A DNA stretch of 62,174 bases, filler included, from Sphacelaria rigidula (taxonomy: Eukaryota), in the NCBI GenBank assembly GCA_964200075.2. It is 10 parts of 10 records of this genome, joined end to end, with 100 filler letters (N's around TTAATTAATTAA, not from the genome) between each part and the next. Parts side by side here need not be neighbours in the genome. Positions count along the whole stretch, not along the records: positions 37,367 to 43,493 come from CAXNAA020022054.1; positions 43,594 to 49,720 come from CAXNAA020022055.1; positions 49,821 to 55,947 come from CAXNAA020022056.1; 7 more parts are not named here. One strand, given 5' to 3'. The notes under the pieces were generated by a model, which was given only the letters and a program-made list of their open reading frames with translations, had not been told where the DNA came from and searched no databases. Numbering within the stretch: the first letter of the stretch is position 1; each line of letters opens with the position of its first letter. The position numbers were made by a program, and so were the translations under genes. Below, piece after piece: positions 37,267 to 50,765 of this stretch.

Positions 37267-38564
37267 NNNNNNNNNNNNNNNNNNNNNNNNNNNNNNNNNN
37301 NNNNNNNNNNTTAATTAATTAANNNNNNNNNNNNNNNNNNNNNNNNNNNNNNNNNNNNNNNNNNNNATCGCTGAAAGTGTGGGGAAAGCACTGTTTTAGA
37401 CTTGAACCTCACCTCGGAGTTAAACCTCAATTCGTACAATTGTTGTTTAAAGTTGTTTGACTGAGGCACGCGAGAGTACAGCGATCGTTGATCGTTGACT
37501 GAAGTTTTTCGCACGTATACGGAAAACGGAAAAACCTCTGTTGAAAGGCAATCGCAAGGAGACACAGAAAATTGAAACATATGATTGACTGTAGTGGCGA
37601 GAGTGACCAGCAGAGATGAAATCCATAGACTACTGTTTTGGAAACATGGGTCAGCAACGTAGATACGTAGAGACTGTTGCAGCGTAGGTAGGCCAATATA
37701 TCACAGCGAGAGCTTTGCAGCGAAAAACATGAGCACAGGAATGATTCCGGAAATGACTGTAGGAGGTTTCATCACAAACAGTGAAGAACGATATACGATA
37801 AATTTCGATCATTATGTCAAGTGGTGGCCGAAAACCTGCCGAGGGAGTAAAGTAATGAGATTTATTTTTGGTGAGTTCACCGGTAGAGTAAGTACCTTGG
37901 ACCAATGACTGTGGAAGGGTCGAGAGTGCTGGAACCCAGATTTTACTCTGAACTAATGTGCAAGCAGTTGAGTTGTGGGTTGTTGTAGCGTAACAAAATT
38001 AGTTCGGCTGGCCGTAGTTGATTAACTGTAGGAACGAAACGCCAAGAGGATACGATGATCCCTGGACGTTGACTGAAAATTTATCGCAAGGCCAGAGATT
38101 TGAAATTATGACTGCTGAAAACGAACGCGAAGGGGTACGGTGATTGATTATTTTCGATTGACTGTTGTAGTAACGAACGTGAACTGCAGGACATGATGAA
38201 ATTCGGTAGACCGCTGAAGCGAAATAATATTGGGTCAGCAACGTAAACATGATGAAGGGCCGAAGCGTGGGAGAGCCTGAAATACCATGAATGATGTGTG
38301 AGCGCTGCGAAAGATGAGAACAGTACATGATTCCGGACAATTGCTGTAGGAGTGCACCCCAGGTGGAGAAATGAAACGACATGCGCTGCCTTTCAATCAT
38401 GGAGTTGAGTAACGGCCGGTAAATTGCCAAAAGTAGAGTACGAGGAAATATTAATTCAAGGAGTCGCCTCTTTCGATGGAAGAAAATAGTGACTGGGTGA
38501 AGAGGCGAAGGTGGATGACGGATGAAGAGAGATGTGTTGTCGGTAGAATGAAATATGAAGAGAC

Positions 38565-39730
38565 GTAAACTTGCGGTCATGCCGGGTACACATGATATGA
38601 TAATCATGGGGAGTCCTGCGCTGCAGGCGCTGGGCATTGACGTCTACAGTAGCTTAGGTGCCTGTGCACGTGCAAGAAACACTTCGGTGCGAGGTGTGAA
38701 CACCACTGATTTTACGGATTGTCGGCGTGTCAGTATCGCGGTTGACACTTTACAGCAATCAGGAGGTCGGGCGGAGCTCATTAATCCCTCAGTCGAGAGG
38801 CTGTTGTCGAGAAGTCCGGCGATGAGCATATCCCCGTAACAAGAGCTTGCTGAGCTTGATGTTGCACAGGAGGAGGCAGTACAAGCCGCCGCGGATAACG
38901 ACATATCGGAGAGCGACGTGAGCCCAGATTCGTGAGCCTGTACCGAGAAGAGCGAGCATTTTTCGGCGAGTGCTGCATGGTTATCCGCCTGCTCGCGTCG
39001 GGCCCTTGAAGGTGAAATTCAAACCTGCTGCTGTGGAGGCAAAGGCTCGGCCGAGGGCGTACTTTCCGTTCAGGGTGGCGTGGTTGGCACGCTGCTTCAC
39101 AAAATTGGTGGCGCTCGGGCTCGTGTATTGCAGTTGGCAGGTAGTGTGAGCAAGAGCGGCGATTGCAATGCCCAAGAAGTTCTGTCTGCGTTGGATGAGT
39201 TCTTACAAGACGGGGGAGGAAGTCCCCCGTCTCCATAAGGAAGTGGTGCATGGTGCTCGCTCAGGGAAGGTGCTTCATTTCAACTTTCTCAGTGTTGGCG
39301 AGGGTGGTCTGCTGGGAGATCATTGCTTGGACGAAGAACATCCGTTCAAGTACATATTGGTAAGGATGGATGACCCGAGCGACTTCGTGCGGTTGGAGCC
39401 CGCGGAGTCTTGTACGGCGGCGACAACGGTAGAGCATCTGTGGGCATGGTGCAAAGCGCTGGGGCCGCAGGGGGGATGGATCAGCGATACGGTCTCGCAA
39501 TATGAGTATCTTGTGGTGAGAGTGCTCAAGAAAGCGCTGATGGATCGCAGATTCGTGGTGGCCAACTCGCGGTTGTAACATCGTGAACGTGAGCGAATGA
39601 TGCGTGACATTGTTCGTACCTTGAAGGTCATAACGCAGGGAGGAAGACCCGATGCTGATGCCTGGGTGGGTTTGATACCTGCTGTGCAGTGGGCATTGAA
39701 CATCGATTTTCGGGAAAGCTATGAGAGTCG
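38565..39730 (+). mobile_element. Degenerate, internally deleted Ty3/Gypsy pol (protease end, RT start, integrase core)
   Basis: AVMPGTHDMIIMGSPALQALGIDV (aspartic protease C-terminus); PPARVGPLKVKFKP..KARPRAY...AWLARCFTKLVALGLVY...AIAMPK (RT N-terminus); VLHFNFL..KYILVRMDD..WISD..ERMMRDIVRTL..WVGLIPAVQWALN (rve core); stops and frameshifts. Confidence 0.88.
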
Positions 39731-39789
39731 TGGTTGTATCTGTGATGCGAGGAGCGACTGTTTGAATGGAAATGCTTAAAGATCTCTGT

Positions 39790-42690
39790 AACTCAAGATC
39801 AGATCGTCATGTGGACTCTTCCCATCACGGGCACATGGACTTCAGCAGCTTTCGTTATTCATATATTAACCCTCAGCATTGTACAGGAGAACAGGCTCCT
39901 CTCTCCACCAGAGTAGCAAAACCAGGTCTACACGTCATGGCAGTCACCCATCACAGAGTCCGGCAATCAGACCCGCAACTCCACCTACACAATGTCCCTA
40001 ACCTCAGGTAACGATGGTGGCTAGAGTCTACAGCACCCCCAAAGCCCTCTCCTACCTCAGGTAATGCAATCTTTGTAATCCTCCAGCCCGCTAACCTCGA
40101 ACCACAACCCCGTGCACAGCCTAGAGCAGCGTTTCCACTCGAACCTTGCTCCTCGCGCCATGAGTCCAGCTGCAGCTCCCATCCTTGTGGAGCCGCTCAG
40201 CTCGCCACTAAATGGTATATCCGCACCGCCGACCCAATGCGACAAGCCATCTGCCTCCACAGATACTTAGGGCAGTACTGAACACCTGTGCTTCAGTCAG
40301 TTGTGCAGAGGAAGCCAGAGGCGAAACGGGAACAGCTACACAGTCCCGAACAGCAACACCTCCTGATGACGGCACACTATCCTCATCAAACACCCCGCGG
40401 CGCAACAGTGGAGACACCGCCGCCATCGCCGCCAAATACGCCAAAGCTGTCCATGCATACAGCTGTGCACATGACCACCCGAGCACCACGGGACGCTCGT
40501 TGTCGCCATCCGAATTGTGATCGCTAGCAGCATCACGAGCTTGCAGCTCGCTCTGCGTACCCGCTTGACGCGGGTCACACGCTCCTGTTGTTTCGTTCAT
40601 GCAAGGCGTGTCCACAGCTCCGCGCTGCTCCGGCGGCAATTCCGCCTACCCGGCATTCACCTGTCCTTCAAGCAGACACCCCTGCGAATCATCTGAACGA
40701 TCTCTGTGAACCTGCTTGAAATCAGAACAAGGTAATAGTGCTGCTCCAGAGGCTTCCTCCCTGTCACGGGCTCTAGAGACTTCAAAGACTCAAGCGGTGA
40801 TACACACAGCAGTCTTTCGTTAACCAGAAGTAACCTTGCACCTCGTGTGCAAACATCATACATCACGGAGCTGACTGATCATACTCTCATATCCGTTATC
40901 CATCAAACTAGACAGTAAACGCCTGCTATGGATTCTCTCCACTGCAGTCATGTACCGAATCAAGGTAACAATGTTGCCCGGAGTCTATAGCGCCCCCAAA
41001 GCTAGCTTACTACCAACAAATAGTCAACCTAGAGCTTGATAAGCTCAGACATCATTGTTGCCGAAGTCTACCATCAGTTTTCACAAAGAATGGCATCCCC
41101 TACCGCAGTATACGATAACAGCCATACAAGCTTGTCGAATGTCAGAACAACTCGCAAGAGATCCAAAGCGTCCATCATGAACACGCAATCACGCTACTTG
41201 CATCGCTCCGAGTTACGGAGCGATAGCTGACGCCCAATTCTCAAACTCATGCCTCAAACAAGTCTCCTGACCCCAAACCGGCAAGAAAATGTAAACGTCA
41301 ACAAACTTCAAATTATGAAGCCATCGTGATAATCCGTCTCTCGCATTCGAGACCGTTCAACGTACAAAATCCTCTTCCGCACGTTTAACACCTGCGCAAC
41401 AGAGTGCAACAGCCGAGCAATATACCTGAAACTAGAATCAAATAAGTATCCAACACGTCAACAAGGCAGCTGGCCTCTTGCTTGTTCAACTCCGTGAACA
41501 CGTACGCCTCGCACACGTATTCTTCGTGAAAGCTTCATCGCCCACTCAACTCATGAGCATATTGAAAAAAAAAAAAGTCATGGATCAAACCGCTTTTCAA
41601 GCCATGTATACCAATCCAACAACGACAAGCGGCCCTCGATCTCCGCCATCATTGATCATTCGTAGCGATATCGTTCTCGAACTCTTTTTTACCGAGTACA
41701 TCCCAGAAAGCATCCAGATATGATATCCCAACTTGGATTTAGGACCGTGATATCCCATCGGTCGATCAACCGCGATATAGAATACAGTTCATATCCCAGC
41801 AGACTTGAACCTCACCTGCACCGCTTCCTTGGACAAACGGACACTCCATCCACATGATCCTTTAAGACGGAAATGAAATATTCCCTCAAAAGAAGCTCCA
41901 TAGCCAACGATCAATCATCTTCAGCCACAAAGACACTCGCGTTTTCCTTGCGCAAACACGAGCCTACGCATTTCGTTTTGAAAATTTCCTCACCTTGACT
42001 CTTCGCCAGTTACCATGCGCACTAACATAATGTAGCGGACATTCCACACATGCATGCCAGTATTTCACCCAGAACATGGAATGCGACCTTACTCCTAGCA
42101 AACACCATGCATCGTCCGTGCCAACCAGATCAGCACAACAAGCACATCCTAAATATCTACTTGTACGCCAGAATTTCACCCTGCACACGCGATACGATCG
42201 TACGCGCTCAACAGCCATGTTTCATGCGCAAACGTGACCTCAACTCACACAGTAACAAGCTACAATCATGCTCAAAACGATTCGCGAATACCAGTCAAAA
42301 CGTGTTTCCTCATTCTCAACAAGCACTCAATCACCTTAGCACTTGCTCCTCACATCAGCACCCAACTCGGCGCTCACCACAACAGCAAGAACCTCAGGTA
42401 ATGCCTTCTTTGTAGTCCTCCAGCCCGCTCCTGAGAAACAGCAGCACTCGAACCACAACCCCGTGCACAGCCTAGAGCAACGTTTCCACTCGAACCTCGC
42501 TCCTCGCGCCATGAGTCCAGCTGCAGCTCCCATCCTTGTGGAGCCGCTCAGCTCGCCACCAAACGGTATATCCGCACCGCCGACCCAATGCGACAAGCCA
42601 TCTGCCTCCACAGATACCTTGAGCAGTACTGAACACCTGTGCTTCCGTCAGTTTTGCAGAGGAAGCCAGAGGCGAAACGGGAACAGCTAT
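39790..42690 (-). mobile_element. Probable DIRS/Ngaro-like retroelement relic (RT/RNase H remnants), partly duplicated
   Basis: Minus-strand fragments GYHIWM, GELSGSTRMGAAAGLMAR..W, GFGGAV, DIV*VELRV and LMDN resemble DIRS RT/RH motifs; 40055-40340 is repeated at 42393-42690; heavily decayed. Confidence 0.35.
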
Positions 42691-44063
42691 AGTAGTCAGC
42701 CTCAGAAGTTGTCAGAATTCGTAGTTGTCCTTTTTTCTTTGTTTGTCTGGAGTACCGTTCTTGACTACCACCTGAAAGTGCTAGCGCCGGTAAAGTTAGG
42801 GGGAAAGCGTAGGCCGCGCTCAAACTGCAGTGCTCACGTTGGTGTTTTTGGGGCGATACGGATTTGATACCCAGACCGTTTTTGGTCCAATATAAGCAGT
42901 TTTCCCGCTCTTCAGCGACCAAACGGTGAATATGCAGATGAATAAATACGCTTCAAATTCTTCCCAATAACGATCGAGATCGTTTTTCCCTCCTTATCTA
43001 GCACATGGCCTTTTTCCGGGGTTTTTCACCAAAATATTTTCCATGAGCACTCAAAAGTGCTAGCGTCGATGGTTTTGGCAAAATTAACAAACCGTGCTCA
43101 AATCCCAATCCCCCAAGTTGTTGTTGTGGGGGCGATACCGGGTAAAGACCCCGTTTACCGGGAGGGTGTTATTGACCGTAAAAGGTGCAAGAAACATAGT
43201 TTTCTTGCTTTTGCGCAGTGACTAGGTGGAATTTCAAAAAAACGATCATTTTTGAGTCTTCACCTATTTAATCCGGATCGAGTCGGTCTACTGAAAACAC
43301 CGAATAGCTAGAGCCTGGGATCGTATTTTCGCAGGACCCCCGAAGATCGGTCAAGCCCGTAAGTCAATCAATGTTGATCGCAGATATATGTTCTTTGAAT
43401 ATTTGTCAAGAGGATCAAAATATCCCCGGATACCCATTTTTTGGCATCCAACAGTCACCGTGATGAACGGTGGCAAGCAAAACAAATTTGGACNNNNNNN
43501 NNNNNNNNNNNNNNNNNNNNNNNNNNNNNNNNNNNNNTTAATTAATTAANNNNNNNNNNNNNNNNNNNNNNNNNNNNNNNNNNNNNNNNNNNNTCCATAC
43601 CAAATTTCAGGGTCTACTCCAAATATTGGCCGGCGCATCCGCCTGCAAACGATCATGCAGCCTCTAGGCTGGCCCAGCTCGTAAAAAATAAAAAGCTCCA
43701 GTGTCGACCTTCCTCCTGTGTGACCCCGGCTGGTACGCCCACATACACCGAAAGGTGTAGACCGGCGTCCAGAATAAATGGGGCAACACACAACAACACA
43801 CATGCGTGGGCCCGATTTTATATTGATGAGTTGAAGGCAATAATCAGTTATCAGGTACCAGTGCAATGCCATTAAATCATCGAAAAAACGAAATTGGGTT
43901 CACGCGTAATTTCTTCATTATGCCCTACTGTATTCAAACCATTACATTTCACGGGATTTACGGGAATAATATTTGTGTACCCGGGTGCACCATCGGCACC
44001 CTGGGATAATGGCAAAAACACGTGCGGCTAGTCAGTGTCGCATGACCACCCCGAACGCGGTGA

Positions 44064-47000
44064 CTTGGGTCACACTTTCAATTGGAGCCAGGGCACCCAA
44101 CGCAGAGTACAGTAGTACAGTTATATAATGTCGCACTCTCACCATCTCTCAATACTCGTCGCGTCGTCGACTTTTTTTGTTTGCGTGACTTCTCACTGCC
44201 AGCTCGAAAAAAAAAAACACTCTTCTGTGTTGATTATTTCAAAGCTCAAAATTCTATGCTCGCTCGATTCCCATCCATATATAATGCACACCGACGAACC
44301 ACATGACGGAAAAAGAGCTCCCGTTTTCTTGTGTACCCAGAGGCACAGAGAACCCAAGGTAGACAACGTTGCGTGTACCGGAACAGACGCCATTATGGCG
44401 ACTATATTATGTGCTCTTGTTTGTCAGTTGTGTCGAGTCTCAGACGGTACCGTCATGAGCGCCGTGCCGTCTTCACACAAAATGAGGGATAACCTATAGA
44501 CAGGACGGTACACATGTCCATGCAGGTACACGAAAGCCCAACAAAAACACAGAGAACCGTACAACAATACAGTACAGGGCCGTGCAGTGTCTCTTCCCCC
44601 CTCCCGCTGCGTCCCTCCCTTCGTCTATGGGTATCACTGAAGGATCATATTCCACCAAACCCTCGGGGAGTGTGAACCCTTTTTGCCACCAGCTTTTAAA
44701 TTTAAGGGCAGTGGCCGAGAAAAAATATACCTTCTCGTTTTTTGCCGAAGAAAGGTAGAAAAAATGGCCAGGAACGCAAAAACAGCAAAACACGCCTTTT
44801 AGACCGTTTTCGCTCCAAAGTTTTCACCCACATCATTCGAGGGGGCCAATTGGCACCCGGGCCTCGAAAACAAGACGAAAAAAAACATGTTACTCGCGAG
44901 ATGTGGTCACGCGAAAACGGACGTCTCGCCTCCGGAAACCGCTCATCCGTTGTTGGTCAAATTTCGGCCAGGTATACTTGTACCTGATTCACGACTCGTA
45001 GGGATTCTTCTTCAATCATACCTTATCTGGGCCACCGGTCGGCCGAGAACGTAACTTTGCTAGGCCATCGCTTTTTACACTGTACCTCGATGCGGCACAT
45101 CGCGCGCAAGGGAGTCTACGCCCCAACTCCAACCATGGCGCCCACACATTCGGCTCTTTTCCGGCTCGTTTGCCGTTCACAGACGCCACAACGATCACGC
45201 CCCTTTCTCCCCGAAAATGGTCCCCAAGTCTCTCCACATCGACACAATAACTGGACTCACAACTCACAGCGCGTCGGTCTCGTGACCCGGTGGGTTGTGG
45301 AGCACTGTACTGTTGCGATCTCGGGGCTAGTATCAGGATCAAGCTAGGCTCTTCCGCCACCAACGGGCGGTTATCGCATCATCGATGGTTGGTTGAAGCG
45401 ACGGATACAGTACTGGTCGTCACGCATGTAGAGATAGAGACAGAACAGCAATAGCGTCAAATTAGCGCGCGTCTTCAAATTCACGTAGCGCTGAGATTCG
45501 ACAAGGTCCAATCAAGCGGAATATCAAACTGTACAGGAGTCCTGCTTTTCTTTGCAGCTTTTAGTCATTCGCACATCTTCTGCGGACACAATCCGAACTT
45601 CTCGCTAGCCGTTGGTGAGTGCTATGCACGGTCCCGATTAACCCTTAGGACGCGAGATTAGTCTTTGTGGATCATGCATACTTTCTTTCACATGAAATTG
45701 ATGCCGATTCAACAGAAGACTAACCTCGCGGTCTAAGGGTTAACGCGATGGGTGTGCAGACCCTTAGACCGCGAGGGTAGTTTATCTGGATCATGCATTC
45801 TTTCTTCAAGTGAAATTGATGCCGATTTGATACATGACCTATTCTCGCCGTTCAAGGGTTAACCCTTGGACCCCGGTGCGGGTAGTCCATCTGGATCACA
45901 ACACTTTTTTCAAGTGAAATTGATGTCGATTCAGCAGGTGACCTACCGTCGCGGTCAAAGATTAACCGGCGTTGGGCTACAAATGTCCATGGTTGATATT
46001 ACTTCATTTGAGTGTCACGAGATTCGGGTCTTCAGTAGGGCTGACAGTCCCGTGTGCTCTTCGCCTACGTAAGACGCATTTTTCTTAGAGTCGATTTGGG
46101 GTCTACCAAGACCGCACTTTGCTGAGGGAACGCCATGTATCGCCCATGTCCGAGGGTTCTGGGTATGCGTTGGGTTGGGCTTAGGATTCGGGATAGCGGT
46201 CCCCGTAAAATTGTGTCGACCATGTACATTTGTAGCCTAACGATGGTTGACCCTTGGACCGCGATGCGGGGTAGTCCACATGGATCACGCATACTTTTCC
46301 CAGTGAAACTGGTGGCGATTCAGCAGGTGACCTACCCTCGCGGTCTGAGGGTTGACTGGCCTCGTTCCGCGAGTGTTTTCGTTGGGCGCACGTTACTCTG
46401 TACTAATGAATGCTATTACTGTTCTGTCCAAACGGTCAAAATGGCATGTTCTGCCGTTTTCAGGTTCCTGGCCATTTTTCGTACATTTCTTGGGCAAAAA
46501 ACGATAAGGTATACTTTTTTAACGCCATTGCCCTAAACTTGACCTCTTGACCGCCAGGGTGAGCACTTTCGAAGTGGAGACTACGCCGAAGGAACAGAGG
46601 ACCCACCCTTGGGGTGACACATTCTCCATGTTCTTTCAAACAGCGCAAGGATGCTGTAGAGATGGCACGGTGCACATTGCGGTACGGATAGACTCAACAC
46701 AACTAACAAACAGCACATGATATAGTCGCCATGATTTTGTCTGATTCGGTACACGCCACGCTCTTTCCCTTGGGTTTTCTGTGCGTCTCTAAGTACACAG
46801 AGCGGCAGCTCTTTTTCCTTCATAGTTTGTCGGCGTGCACCACCATAGATGGACGGGAAGTAAGCGAGCATAGAATTCCGAGCGTTGAAATAATCAACAC
46901 GGAGCATTTTTTTCGAACTGGCAGTGGGAAGCCACGCACAGACAAAGAAAGTCGACTACGCGACGAGTAGTGAGAGATGAGAGAGTGTGCGACATCATTT

Positions 47001-47066
47001 TACTGTTATACTACTGTACGCAGCGTTGGTTGTGCTGGCTCCGATTGAAAGTGTCGTGATTCAAGG
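44064..47066. mobile_element. ~3-kb non-autonomous element or inverted pair with long terminal inverted arms
   Basis: 44070-44452 is the diverged reverse complement of 46680-47056, and 44700-44810 of 46428-46540; no transposase ORF; no TSD seen. Confidence 0.75.
45642..46351. mobile_element. Stacked piggyBac-like MITE array
   Basis: ~100-bp units CCCTT(A/G)G...AGGG at 45642-45739, 45761-45858, 45863-45961, 46251-46351, mostly bounded by TTAA/TTGA; a different CC..GG TIR element at 45966-46246. Confidence 0.8.
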
Positions 47067-50000
47067 AGGTTAGTCCACCACTTGGGAGGGTGAGATATTT
47101 ATCGGAAACTCATAATTTCGAACAAACTATAACCCTAACGCTAACCTTAACCCTAACCCCAACGAAGGTACACCGAGAACCCTCGGGCAAAAGGGGGTGC
47201 AACGTGTTCCCTTGGCAAACTGTGCGTTGCCAGACCTCAAATCAGCGCCCCAGGAGCCGATTTCGACAAGAACGCGTTCTGCGCACACTAGGCAGTGTTG
47301 CGTCAGAAGCAAAAAAAACGGAACATAATTTTAAGCACTTTTCCCCCTTGTACGCGCTGCTGCAACGCGCAGCACCAGAAATAGTGATGTGGAACTGTTG
47401 GTTGTGGTTCTCATAATATATGAGCGAAGTTACAGCACTTTTCAGCGTCTTCAGCACGCGTGGGGCCGTGCGTCATGACCTGCGCACCTCTGCAGACTAT
47501 ATGCCGATCGGTGCAATACCGATGGTCATGATCCAGAAAGGGCCGTTGTGCAGGCCGGTGTCAGTTTGCTACAATATCGGCCGCCCAGCCGCTCAAGATG
47601 TCAAAGTTGGTGGACGTGCGCGTGCGTGTATGCATTCATCTCTAGTGCACCAAGTCTAGACTGCGGGATAGCCGCTTTGAGGGCGCATCGACGGCATTCC
47701 CCGACATTGCCTGAGGCCATGTTAGTAATTTGTGCGGGGCCCAATCGTGGGGGCGCTTGGCGCATAAGTTGCCTATATTGTGCCTGACATGTGCGCGAAG
47801 TTTCATGAGGGAATGCGAGGTCGCAGGCGAGAAATCCACAGCGACAGTCTTATGCCAAGAAAAATCGGAACGGAATCCGACATATTTCCGTCCCAATACG
47901 CACGCACACACTGCGCAATCCCAGATTCAGCAAGATGAGGTTGTTGTCTCTTGTCTACATGATATGTGGTCGAAGTTTCAGCGCGTAAAAGCACTGACAG
48001 CGCTTGCACGGAAAAAATGTCATGATTTTTTCGAGTTTTTCTCGTCGACTTTGTTGCGAGAAATTGATCAATACCGTGCCTCCTGAAGTGGGCACCTCTA
48101 TAGGCGATACCAAGATGGGTGCCGCGTTGAATGACATCATTCATAGTGCACCCAATACGGATCGATGTGTTCGTTCGTCGGGGCAAGAACCACCGAGCAG
48201 GTCATGATGTGGAAGTGAACGCATCTGCGTGTCAACATATGCATCCACTGACGTCTCACGCAGTCTGGGCCGAGGGGACTCCGTCGTGAGGGCGTATCGA
48301 TGGCATTGCCCAACATCCGTATTCGCTTCGTGCGTCTGGCGCACCACGTAAAACGTGACGCCGACCCAGGAATATGTTGTCTGTGTTGTGGTCCACCTCT
48401 GTGCCAAGTTTCAGGCCGGTTCGTTTAGACACGACTGAGAAATCCACAAGCGAAGTAACGCTTGGCTTGTACTGAAAAGACAGAACTAAACCGTCGAAAG
48501 ATACATGAGGTGCGTATGATTCTTGTATGTGGGCATCTTGGGATTTGAGTTATATTTTTTGGGAGAGAAAGACTGACGAAAGTTGCGCTGAAAATGGGCA
48601 GATTACCGTAGGAGCGTATCCAAATAAACACGAGATTCGACTACGCCCTGGTTACGCCGCATATCAGATGCGGTTACGCAGTATTACGGTACTGTCACAT
48701 GTAGTACAGACAGTACATTACATCAACAATTATACTGCACTTCATGATTGTCCAGACACAAGAGTTTTCAATTTTAAAAGCCACCAGCTGCGCCACCAGG
48801 GATGCATGCAAGCGATCATGCCGTTCTTATTTGTGCTGGAAGCAATTGAGATGCTTCTTTTTCAGACGGATTACACACTCCGTCTACTACACCCTAGGCG
48901 TGGTGATGGGCGGGAACGTGAACCGTGGCCCCCAACTATGGGCGTACCATGCGGCCCGTAAGGCACCCATACCGAGCAACACCGTACACACCACCAAACG
49001 CGGGACATTATCACGTTTCCAGCCTGCAACTTGCGCCCACGATAAAGCCTCAAACATAGCTTCTCACATATGCCGCGTGTTGGGCCGTAGGTCCTTCCCA
49101 AGGAGCTCCTGGCTCGTGTGGATTATACCGACTTCGAGGATGCTCTACGCTGATATTTTATACGACGACTCGATCTTGCACGTGAAAATCCGCATATATA
49201 TTCACGTTCTTTTTCCTTCGGCACAACACTGTTGCAGGAGGACGCTTGGAGCACAGCCCCCCAAAAAATCCGGATTTCGCTCTCCGCACTAAAGTCAACC
49301 ATAGCACCCTCCCAAAGTGATGAATTATACTGCATCAAAGTGATCACGGTCGGGGTGGTCATGCGGCAGTCACCAGCCGCACTTGTTTTTGCCATTTCCC
49401 AGGGTGCCGATGGTGCACATCGGGTGCAAGCATATAATTCTCCCGCATTTTTTAGAACCCATCCCTCAAAATTGGCAGGCGAATGGGCTTGCAAACTACA
49501 AATCCGCTTCTAGGCTAGCCTACCTCGTAGCGAGAAAAAAGCTCTTGTGAAACCCAAATGTGGCACAGTCCATCTCAGTCCAACTGGACCATGAATATTT
49601 TTTACAAGTGAATATTGATGCCGATTCAGCAGGTGATCTACTCTCGCCGTCTACGAGCTGGGCCATCCTAAAAACGGATTCAAGCTCTAAAAGCAATATC
49701 TCATCGACACAGACGAGTTGNNNNNNNNNNNNNNNNNNNNNNNNNNNNNNNNNNNNNNNNNNNNTTAATTAATTAANNNNNNNNNNNNNNNNNNNNNNNN
49801 NNNNNNNNNNNNNNNNNNNNGGGGGGTGTGGTGTGGGCAGTGGCCGATCGTCATCGACGGGACGTGCTTATGCGCATTTTTTTCAGACCTTTCGTTCAAT
49901 TCTCAGATTCCGAACGAAAACAAAACATAGCAGATTCCAACGCCACAGTTCTGAAGTAACATGCAGTCGGACTTACATCGTGCGGTCTGTCGACATAATC

Positions 50001-50622
50001 GACAGCTCAGCTGTCGCCGCTTATCATGCCGATTCTTATGGCAGGCAAGAGTAGCCTGACACGAACTGTCTATGTGGTCCAAATGCGTCGTGTTACGGCC
50101 CAAATGCAGACACCTCCGAATGACGTGCTTCAGCCGTTAAGATGATTGCAGGACACGTTTGCGTTTTTCTGGTGGCCGTTTTTGATCTTGGCCGAACGAA
50201 TGACCTCGTACGAGATTGTCGACACCTGCGATTGCATTGCTGCACTCGTTGAGACGGTTCAAAAACACCTTTGCGTTTTCCGGTGGCCGCAGGTAATTTT
50301 TGCATCAATTACATTTTTGCCCAAGAACGGTCTGTTGGATAAAACACGGGGCCTTTTGTTTCCCGGTTGACCGTGCTCGGATATACATACGAGCCTGGCA
50401 AATGTTTCACCTCTGTCCGCCTTCAAACGCAAAGTGTCTTGGGATCGTCCAAGTGAATACAGAAAGACATACGAAGGACCAAAGAGGCGACTTTATATAT
50501 TTATATTGTTGTTGACCAGCATCAGCTGTGTCAGAGAGGAAATGTTTTCAAATAAGAAGTCTGGAACATCGGAGAATAATAACCGCGTCAACTGTTGCTG
50601 CTGCCTGCATGCCTTCGAACAG

Positions 50623-50765
50623 CTTTAAACGATGTCGGCGGGACTCTGTTCCCCCGCAACACGTACGACAAGCTTTACATGTACGTTGGGATCATAACCT
50701 CGGTCCAGGAGAGGACGGGGAGCGATGCCGTCACGGGGGAACAAATAGCAAAGGAGTTCACGAAC
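50623..50765 (+). CDS. Spliced gene in contig 9, exon A (unknown domain)
   Basis: cag|CT..AAC|gtgagt; LNDVGGTLFPRNTYDKLYMYVGIITSVQERTGSDAVTGEQIAKEFTN. Confidence 0.65.

Noticed and set aside
45642..46351. CRISPR-like repeat/spacer array
   Set aside because: Units are ~100 bp, diverged, have TIRs and TTAA flanks, spacing is irregular, and no cas genes are present; better explained as MITEs
47128..47160. Telomere-like (CCCTAA)n
   Set aside because: Only about five degenerate units, internal, and part of a dispersed repeat also seen at ~17890 and ~18075
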